Source: Candidatus Eiseniibacteriota bacterium (GTDB lineage Bacteria; Eisenbacteria; RBG-16-71-46; CAIMUX01). Taken from it: DNA of 64,000 nt. The notes below the pieces were generated by a model. The model searched no databases, was not told where the DNA came from, and saw only the letters and a list, made by a program, of their open reading frames with translations. How positions within the stretch are numbered: the first letter of the stretch is position 1; each line of letters begins with the position of its first letter. The stretch spans positions 151,886-215,885 of the forward strand of contig CAWHYG010000008.1 in the NCBI GenBank assembly GCA_963833505.1, given 5' to 3'. Shown piece by piece: positions 18,979 through 26,044 of this stretch. The translations under genes and the position numbers were made by a program.

Positions 18979-20247
18979 ATGGAGCGCGCCGGCGGAGTGC
19001 TCATCGTCCCGCTTCTGACGGCGGCGCTTCTCCTTTCCGGCTGCGGCGGGAAACAGGCCACGCGCCCTCCGGATCCGTTCCAGGTCCGCCAGATCCCGAG
19101 CTCTCTGCAATCCGACCTTCAGCCGGTCGTGGACGGCAATACCGCCTTCGCGTTCGATCTCTACGGCCGTCTGCGCCCGCAGACCGGGAACCTCTTTCTC
19201 TCTCCCTACAGCATCTCGACCGCCTTCGCCATGACCTGGGCCGGCGCGCGTGGGATCACGGAATCCGAGATGGCGAAGGTCCTGCATTTCCCCTTCGGCC
19301 AGGACCAGCTCCATCCGGTCTTTGGCGCGGTCCAGCGCAGCCTGGAAAGGGGAGCGTCTCTCGGCGGGTATGAGCTTCGGATCGCCGATCGCCTCTGGGG
19401 GGAAAAGGGCTACCCCTGGCTGGACGCCTTTCTCGCCGTGACGCGAGACGACTATGAGGCGGAGTTGCAGCCGATGAGCTTCGACTCCGATCCGGAGGGC
19501 TGCCGGCAGACGATCAACCAGTGGATCGGGACGGTCACCGCGGGGCGCATCCCCGATCTCCTTCCGGCCGGAAGCATCGATCCGACCACCAGGCTGGTGC
19601 TGACCAACGCCATCTACTTCCAGGGGACCTGGGCCGTCCTTTTCGACCCGAGCGACACGCGTTCCGAGGCCTTCCATACCGCTTCCGGAAGCGCTGTCGT
19701 CGTGCCCATGATGCATCTCCATTCCCGATTCGGCTACGCGGAGGCGAACGGAGCGCAGGTGCTGGAAATGCCGTATTCCGGCGGCGACCTCAGCATGGTC
19801 TTTCTGCTGCCTGATTCCGGGCGCTCTTTGGACGCGCTGGAGAACAACCTCACGGCGCAGAACCTGACCGCCTGGCTTGGATCCCTGCGTCCGCTCGATC
19901 TGGACGTCGCGATCCCCCGCTTCGATTTCAGCTCCGCTTTCTCCCTGCCCGGCGTGCTCTCTGCTTTGGGAATGCCGTCGGCCTTCGACCCGAGCTCCGC
20001 CGACTTCCTGGGAATGGATGGTGGAACCGGCGGCGCATCCGATCTCTACATCACCGGTGCGTTTCACCAGGCCTCCGTGCACGTCGATGAAAAGGGCTCG
20101 GTAGCTGCAGGCTCAACCGGCATCATCATCGGACCGACCAGCGCCGGCGCCAGCTTCACGGCCGACCATCCCTTCGTCTTCCTGATCCATGACGAGGTGA
20201 CGGGAAGCGTTCTCTTCCTGGGAAGGGTCGTGGATCCGAGCCAGTAG
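18979..20247 (+). CDS. Serpin family protease inhibitor, predicted lipoprotein
   Basis: Track ORF 18832..20247 trimmed to MERAGGVLIVPLLTAALLLSGCGG (lipobox LSGC). Serpin hallmarks are NLFLSPYSISTAFAMTWAGARG, TNAIYFQGTW, and the hinge/RCL DEKGSVAAGSTGIIIGPTS followed by FTADHPFVFLIHD. Confidence 0.9.
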   Translation: MERAGGVLIVPLLTAALLLSGCGGKQATRPPDPFQVRQIPSSLQSDLQPVVDGNTAFAFDLYGRLRPQTGNLFLSPYSISTAFAMTWAGARGITESEMAKVLHFPFGQDQLHPVFGAVQRSLERGASLGGYELRIADRLWGEKGYPWLDAFLAVTRDDYEAELQPMSFDSDPEGCRQTINQWIGTVTAGRIPDLLPAGSIDPTTRLVLTNAIYFQGTWAVLFDPSDTRSEAFHTASGSAVVVPMMHLHSRFGYAEANGAQVLEMPYSGGDLSMVFLLPDSGRSLDALENNLTAQNLTAWLGSLRPLDLDVAIPRFDFSSAFSLPGVLSALGMPSAFDPSSADFLGMDGGTGGASDLYITGAFHQASVHVDEKGSVAAGSTGIIIGPTSAGASFTADHPFVFLIHDEVTGSVLFLGRVVDPSQ

Positions 20248-20249
20248 CC

Positions 20250-20935
20250 GCGACGATGGGCCTGATGGCAGGGGCTCCGAGACGCTGATCAAGGCGGTCC
20301 GCGCAGGCTCCGGTGTGCAAGGGCCCCGAGGCGCTGATCAGCGGGAGCCCGAGGCGCAGAACGGCCGTCCACGCCCTTGCGATCCGAAGCCGGAGCGGAC
20401 CATGGAGGAGGGCCATGCGGAGTGCGGCGGGAGCGCACGCCGGTGCGCGGAGCCGCGCGGAGCAGGGGCCGACGACCGGTCCGCGTAGGCTTTGGGGCGC
20501 AAGGGCTCCGAGACGCTGATCAGCGGGAGCCCCAGGCGCTGAACCTCCGTCCACGCCCTTGCGATCCGAAGCCGGAGCGGACCATGGAGGAGGGCCATGC
20601 GGAGTGCGGCGGGAGCGCACGCCGGTGCGCGGAGCCGCGCGGAGCAGGGGCCGACGACCGGTCCGCGTAGGCTTTGGGGCGCAAGGGCTCCGAGACGCTG
20701 ATCAGCGGGAGCCCCAGGCGCTGAACCTCCGTCCACGCCCTTGCGATCCGAAGCCGGAGCGGACCATGGAGGAGGGCCATGCGGAGTGCGGCGGGAGCGC
20801 ACGCCGGTGCGCGGAGCCGCGCGGAGCAGGGGCCGACGACCGGTCCGCGTAGGCTTTGGGGCGCAAGGGCTCCGAGACGCTGATCAAGGCGGTCCGCGCA
20901 GGCTCCGGGGCGCAAGGGCTCCGATGCGCTGATCA
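20250..20935. repeat. Tandem array, about 3.8 copies of a 182-bp unit, filling the serpin-VOC intergenic region
   Basis: Track ORFs recur with an exact 182-nt offset (20377/20559/20741 on plus; stops at 20338/20520/20702 on minus) and have near-identical pseudo-translations. Confidence 0.9.
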
Positions 20936-20939
20936 CGAG

Positions 20940-21308
20940 CTACCCCTGCGTGAAAACCCAGCGGTGCCCTTCGGGATCGTCCAGCTCGAATTCGCGCTCC
21001 CCCCACGGACGGGTCACCGGCGCCTCCAAGGGCCGGTTCTCCAGCAAATGGTCGATGGGCACCAGCCCCCGCTCGCGGACGAGCCGGAAGAACCGGTCGA
21101 CGTCGGAGACGATCGCGTGGATGGCGGGGCAGTCCTTGCCCGAAGTCTTTTCGGACGGGCGCAGGATGATCTCGGCCGCCCCGAAGCGGAACCAGTGGGC
21201 GCCCTCTTCCCCGCGCAGGTACTCGAATCCGACCTTCTCGTACCACCAGCGCGCGGCCTCCGCGTCGCGGCAATAGAGAACCAGGTGGTGCAAGCCGCCG
21301 ATCCGCAC
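20940..21308 (-). CDS. VOC family protein (glyoxalase/bleomycin-resistance fold)
   Basis: Track ORF. HHLVLYCRDAEAARWWYEKVGF...FELDDPEGHRWVF is typical of VOC proteins. Confidence 0.85.
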   Translation of the reverse strand: MRIGGLHHLVLYCRDAEAARWWYEKVGFEYLRGEEGAHWFRFGAAEIILRPSEKTSGKDCPAIHAIVSDVDRFFRLVRERGLVPIDHLLENRPLEAPVTRPWGEREFELDDPEGHRWVFTQG

Positions 21309-21320
21309 GGCAGGTCAGCC

Positions 21321-21962
21321 TCAGTGGACCCCGGCGATCGCCTTCTTCAAGGCTTCGTAGTCGGTCTGGTCCTTGACCGAGTAGGCAGTGTTCTCATAGG
21401 CGATGCGGCCGTCGGATCCGACCACGAAGACGGTACGCTGGTTGAATCCGGACTTGGGATTGAAGCTGCCGTATTCCCCGGCCACCTCGTGTTTCACGTC
21501 CGAAAGCAGCCGGAAGGGAAGCTTCTGCTCCCGCGCCCAGGCCCGATGCGCGAACGGCTGATCGCCGGAGATCGCCCAGACCGTGACCTTGAGGTTCGCC
21601 AGATCGGCGATTCCATCGCGGAAGGTGCAGACCTCGCGGGTGCAACCCGGGCTCCAGTCCGCCGGATAGAAAGCCAGAAGCACGGGACCGTGCTTGACGG
21701 CTTCCGCCAGCGGCTCGCCCTGGAAGAGGATGGTGTCGGCGGTGGCGTAAGGCAACGTGAAGTCGGGCGCGGGATCACCCGTTTTCGGCGCCGGATGCGA
21801 GGAGTCGACGGCGGCGGAATCGCGCGGCCCGGCCGGCGACGCGCCTGCCTTCGCGGCCAACGAAAGCGCCGTTCCGGCCAGGACGACAGACAGGAAGAGA
21901 CGACCGGCCGCCGGAATTCGGGCGGCGATACGGGAACAGAGGGACGGGCGGGACGCATGCAT
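21321..21962 (-). CDS. Secreted peroxiredoxin, Bcp/PrxQ-like
   Basis: Track ORF 21321..22136 trimmed to ATG 21962 (signal-like RLFLSVVLAGTALSLAAKA). The active site is FYPADWSPGCTREVCTF. Confidence 0.85.
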   Translation of the reverse strand: MHASRPSLCSRIAARIPAAGRLFLSVVLAGTALSLAAKAGASPAGPRDSAAVDSSHPAPKTGDPAPDFTLPYATADTILFQGEPLAEAVKHGPVLLAFYPADWSPGCTREVCTFRDGIADLANLKVTVWAISGDQPFAHRAWAREQKLPFRLLSDVKHEVAGEYGSFNPKSGFNQRTVFVVGSDGRIAYENTAYSVKDQTDYEALKKAIAGVH

Positions 21963-22199
21963 CGTGGTCGGTTCCTTTTCGGTGGGATGGTTGATCTCGA
22001 ATGCTGCCGGCGGAGCGGCGGAACGAACCAGGATACCCCGGTGACGGAGGTTTGTCTCACATTCGGAAGTTCCGGTGGTGGATCGGAGCCCACCGCCGAC
22101 CCGTTGGTGGATCAGAGTCCGCCGCCGAAGTTCCAATCCCGCCGGGCTCCCAAGACGAGCCGGATCCCGGCGGGATCTTTGGATCGACGCCAGACCGCT

Positions 22200-22821
22200 C
22201 TACTTCTCGCTGAGAGCCTCGTGGACTCGTCCCACCAACTGGGCCGACGGAGTCAGGGTCTTGTCCCCTTCATTCTTCCACTTCGCCGGACAGGCCTCCG
22301 CTTCCTTCCCGTAGAGGTACAGATTGGCCTTGAACTTCCGCATCAGCTCATCGATGTTGCGCCCCAGGTTGTAGAGGTTGATCTCCGAAGTCAGGAGAAT
22401 CCCCTTCGGATTGATGATGAAGACGCCGCGCAGGGCGTTTCCGGTCCCGGGATCGTAGACGCCGAACAGCTTCGAGATCGCGCCGGTCCGATCCGCCCCC
22501 ATCGGGTAGCGGACATCGCTCAACTCTCGCTCATGGCGCTTCCAGGCCAGAATGGACGTACTCCGTGTCCGTGCTTACGGTGACGATCTCCGCCCCGAGC
22601 TTCTGGAACTTCTCGTATTGCTCGGCCAGGGCCGCGAATTCCGTGGCGCAGACGAAAGTGAAGTCCGCCGGGTAGAAGAACAGGATGGACCACTTGCCCT
22701 TGGCCTTCAGATCGGACAGGCGGATCGTGCCGAAATCCTCCTTGAGCGGGTTGTAGACCGTGATCGTGAAGTCAGGTACCTCCTGGCCCAGGCGAATCGT
22801 TGGCAACTCCTTCCCTTCCAT
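22200..22821 (-). pseudogene. Typical 2-Cys peroxiredoxin (AhpC/Prx1-like) interrupted by a single-base frameshift near 22546-22554
   Basis: Track ORFs 22531..22821 (…FYPADFTFVCATE…VSTDTEYVHSGLEAP*) and 22200..22523 (SDVRYPMGADRTG…EACPAKW…) are two halves in frames offset by 1. Reading ...CAT(T)CTGGCCTGGAAG without one base gives the family-typical YVHLAWKRHE. Confidence 0.85.
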
Positions 22822-23270
22822 GACGGGTGTCTCCTTTTCTCACCAGCCCCCCGACGGGACCCCCTACGGCGACTCCACAAGATCGGGCCCGGCGCTCCCG
22901 ACCAGGGAAGACCGGGCGACATGCGATGACCTTAGCGCAGACTCCGTCGCCGGGAAATCCCCGCGAACGCGACCGGCAGGATCACCGCCCGCGGATTCCG
23001 CCCGTTTTCCCGGGTCGATCGCCGGCTCTTTCGCGCTCCAGCCGGTTTTTCAATCGGGAAAACGCCGGATGTCGAAACCGGCATCCTCTCGGAACCCGGC
23101 CGCCGGGTGCTGGTATGCCCCTGTTGCGCCTCTCGCCCGGACCGCAGGGCCGGGACGCAGCCAGGATGGTTCGATCAAGCATTGCAGGAGCCGCCTCCGT
23201 TCCCCGTGGACGCCGGCGGTTTCCGGCGCGCGGCGTGGACCCTCAATCCGGATCCAGGCGGCGCGCATTT

Positions 23271-23313
23271 CCGCCCCGGGTGCTCCTCCTGACATCCGGG
23301 GCGGGTTCTTTTT
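23271..23313 (+). terminator. Intrinsic terminator inside the prx / efflux-operon intergenic region
   Basis: A perfect 9-bp GC stem CCGCCCCGG (23271-23279) / CCGGGGCGG (23296-23304) with a 16-nt loop is followed by GTTCTTTTT (23305-23313). Confidence 0.6.
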
Positions 23314-23504
23314 CGGCCGCCGATCGTGCCTCTTCTTCCTGGCGACCGTTCGATCGGGATCGTTCGCTCCGGCCGGTGGCGCCGCAAGGCGCGGTGGCCG
23401 TTGCCCACGGGCGCCCTGCACCGGTTCGGGAACCGTTCAGGCTTTTCAGAGATCGTCCGCCCATCGGTCCGCGAGAAAAGGGGCTGGAGGAGAGTGGACG
23501 AAAC

Positions 23505-24881
23505 ATGGTCGAGCCGTCGCTGCCGGTCGAACGGGGTCATGGCGGAGGTGTCGCGGCTGGATTCCTGGCCCTGATCCTCGTCGCGGGCATGGGCCGGACC
23601 TGCGCCGCCGAAGCCGGCTCGCCGCCGGTTCCCGACTCTCTCACCATCATGGAGTGCGCAACCCTCGCGGCCCGCACGGCCCCCGAGGTCCGAATCGCCG
23701 TCTCCGAGCTTCAAGCGGCCCGCTTCGACTCCGCCGGCACCTCCCGGAACAGCCGGCCCCGAGTGGGCTTCTTCGCACACGCCATGGTGGCGCCGGAGGG
23801 ATTCTACGATCCCATCATCACGAACCTCGGCGAGTACGAGATCAAAGCCGGCATCGAGCTGCCCTTGAGCGACGGCGGCGCCCGCGCTCGAGCCCGGGCC
23901 CGCGCGGCGAACCAGGCCGGAAAGGCCATTTCCGGGCGGGATCAATCGACGCGCGAGGCGGCGTTGCGGGCGGCCGCCCTGGCGGCGGAGATCCTGGCCT
24001 CCCGTGAAACGGAGAGCGCGGAAGTCAGTTCCTACGGGTGGCTGAACGATCTCGCGACCTTGATTCGCTCCGGCGTGCGCGGCGGAACGAGCGGACCGTC
24101 CGATCTGCTGCGCGTGTCCTTGGAGCAGGACGCGGTGGAGGCCGCCCTGGCGGAAACGCGCGCCGATCTCGGATCCAAGGAGAGAGAGCTGGGGCAGCTC
24201 CTCGGCGGGCCGCCGGGCTCGGAACCGAAGGTCCGCCCGCCCGGGCCGAACACGGACTTCCCGCCGACGGCGGAGGACTCCGTACGGGTGGTCGCGCGCA
24301 TCGCGAGGCTTCCCGAGGTCCTTGGCAGGCAGTTCGAGGCCTTGAAGGCGCAGCTCGATCTCGCCGACGCCGAACATGCGAAGGCCCTGACGATCGGCGT
24401 TTCCGCCGACGCCGGTCTGGCCGGATCCAATCTGACGACCTTGGTTCCACCGGAAGTGCGCGCCGGGGATCCGGACGCCGATTTCGCGGATCGCCTGCGC
24501 CGCGACAAGGGCGCCTCCCTCACGGTCGACCTCGACCGCCCACTGATCGAACCGGGCGCCGGATCGGTCACGGAGGCGCGCCGCGCGGATGCCGGCGCGG
24601 CCGGTCTGGCCTTGACCACCGAGGAGGACACGCAGATGCGCGCCGCCCTCGATCTCCTGGAGCGATGGCGCATCGCCTCGCAGCGTCTGGCGGCAGCGGG
24701 GCAGACGGCGGAGCGGGCGGAGACGAATCTCCTCCGGGTCAAGAGCCTGTATGTGGCCGGCGAGCTGGGTCTCCTCGACGTTCTCGACGCGCGGCGGATC
24801 CTTGATGACGCCCGGGAACGCCTCGCCGAAGCGCACGAGGCCAGCCGGGAAGCTCGGATCGAAACGGAGGTGCAACCGTGA
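23505..24881 (+). CDS. TolC-like outer membrane efflux protein
   Basis: Track ORF 22827..24881 trimmed to ATG 23505, which has GGAGGAGAG upstream. It has a signal-like N-terminus and two long Ala/Leu/Arg-rich coiled repeat halves typical of OMF proteins. It is the first gene of the MFP-RND operon. Confidence 0.75.
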   Translation: MVEPSLPVERGHGGGVAAGFLALILVAGMGRTCAAEAGSPPVPDSLTIMECATLAARTAPEVRIAVSELQAARFDSAGTSRNSRPRVGFFAHAMVAPEGFYDPIITNLGEYEIKAGIELPLSDGGARARARARAANQAGKAISGRDQSTREAALRAAALAAEILASRETESAEVSSYGWLNDLATLIRSGVRGGTSGPSDLLRVSLEQDAVEAALAETRADLGSKERELGQLLGGPPGSEPKVRPPGPNTDFPPTAEDSVRVVARIARLPEVLGRQFEALKAQLDLADAEHAKALTIGVSADAGLAGSNLTTLVPPEVRAGDPDADFADRLRRDKGASLTVDLDRPLIEPGAGSVTEARRADAGAAGLALTTEEDTQMRAALDLLERWRIASQRLAAAGQTAERAETNLLRVKSLYVAGELGLLDVLDARRILDDARERLAEAHEASREARIETEVQP

Positions 24882-26044
24882 ACCGATCGGTTTCGGGAAG
24901 AGCTGCCAGGGTCCGCGCGTGCCTGATCGTCGCCGCCGGCGTGGGTCTCCTCGGGTTGGCTGGATGCTCGCGGAAGATGGGAACCTCCGAGGCGTCGGCA
25001 AGCTCGGAGACTCCTCTGGTCACGGTTCGCGCGCGGTCAATCGAGGCGTGCGTGTTTCAGGACGCCGTCGTGGCCAACGGAACGTGGCGCGCCAGCGCCG
25101 AGGTGGCCATCGCCGCGACCTGCGCCGGGGTGCTTGATTCCCTGGGCGTTCAAGCGGGCGACCGCGTCGCCGCCGGACAGACCTTTGGCTGGATCGAGAC
25201 GCGGGAATCGCGCGCCACGCTGCGCGGCGCCGATCTCATGCTTCAGGCGGCGCAAGGCGAGAGCAGCCGCGCGGAAGCTTCGCGCGCCCTGGCCCTGGCC
25301 AGGCGCGAGCGGGTCCGCGTGCCGCTGATCGCCCCGCGGAGCGGACGGATCATCCACGTGGACACCGGGGCTGGAGCCGAGGTCGCCGAATCGGAATCGA
25401 TCCTCGCGATCCTGCCGGACGGCGCCGCCGTGTTCGAAGCCCGGATCGAGCCGTCGGACGCCGGGCGCATCCGCCAGGGACAGGAGGCCTGGATCGTCGC
25501 CCAGGAATCTTCGAAGCGATCCGCCAGGGTCAGCCGGATTCTCCCTACGGCCGGTGAAGGCGATCAGATGATCCTTGCATGGCTCGCCGCGGATTCGGCG
25601 AGAACGTCCCCCAGGATCGGCGAATTCGGAACGGCCACGATCGTGGTCGGGGCGCCGGACCGAGCCGTCGCCGTGCCTGACTCGTCCATCGTGGAGGACG
25701 ATCTGACGGGTAGAACGAGCGTGGCCGTCGTAGAGACGTTCGCGGCTCCCGCAGGAAGCGCCGGCGTGGCGAGCGGCGGCCGGGCCGAGGAAACGACGTC
25801 CACCGCCGAATCCGGCGCCGCCAAGGCCGGGGAGGCGACGCCGGGCGCGCGGCCCGAGGGACGATCCGAATCGGCGGCGCCTGAGCCCGGCGTGGAACGC
25901 GCGATCTGGACTCCGGTCACTCTCGGCCGCGCCGCGGGCTCATGGCGCAAGCTCCTCTCTCCGGCCCTCGCTCCCGGAACCCTGGTCATCGTCGAAGGCC
26001 AGCGCGGACTGCCCGACAGCACGCGCGTCCAGATCGCTCCGTGA
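24878..26044 (+). CDS. Efflux RND transporter periplasmic adaptor (MFP), lipoprotein
   Basis: GTG 24878 overlaps the upstream stop (GTGA). The lipobox is LLGLAGC, and biotinyl-lipoyl-like GVLDSLGVQAGDRVAAGQTFGWIE and IAPRSGRIIHV segments are present. Confidence 0.85.
   Translation: MNRSVSGRAARVRACLIVAAGVGLLGLAGCSRKMGTSEASASSETPLVTVRARSIEACVFQDAVVANGTWRASAEVAIAATCAGVLDSLGVQAGDRVAAGQTFGWIETRESRATLRGADLMLQAAQGESSRAEASRALALARRERVRVPLIAPRSGRIIHVDTGAGAEVAESESILAILPDGAAVFEARIEPSDAGRIRQGQEAWIVAQESSKRSARVSRILPTAGEGDQMILAWLAADSARTSPRIGEFGTATIVVGAPDRAVAVPDSSIVEDDLTGRTSVAVVETFAAPAGSAGVASGGRAEETTSTAESGAAKAGEATPGARPEGRSESAAPEPGVERAIWTPVTLGRAAGSWRKLLSPALAPGTLVIVEGQRGLPDSTRVQIAP

Noticed and set aside
18510-20935. 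The inverted 182-bp repeats considered as an invertible promoter switch for the serpin
   Set aside because: The repeats enclose the whole gene together with about 290 bp of upstream sequence. Inversion would therefore flip the gene and its presumed promoter together and would not obviously change expression. The architecture is reported, but the phase-variation interpretation is not supported.
22546-22554. Programmed ribosomal +1 frameshifting at CAU-UCU-GGC as the explanation for the split genes
   Set aside because: In the EamA gene the shared 9-mer is in a different codon phase. No P-site tRNA re-pairing is possible (CAU to AUU, or UCU to CUG). No stop codon or obviously rare codon follows. 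An in-frame UCU-GGU does lie 10 nt downstream in the EamA gene, so the idea is not strictly excluded, but it is less parsimonious than a DNA- or read-level indel.
23107-23292. A 61-aa ORF (GTG start) that ends in the loop of the terminator hairpin
   Set aside because: It has no recognisable RBS and its Pro/Gly/Arg-rich product has no family resemblance. It is kept only as an alternative explanation within the leader/terminator finding.
22827-23504. The N-terminal 226 codons of track ORF 22827..24881
   Set aside because: The translation is non-protein-like and it crosses an intrinsic terminator. ATG 23505, which has an RBS and a signal-like N-terminus, is the credible TolC-like start.
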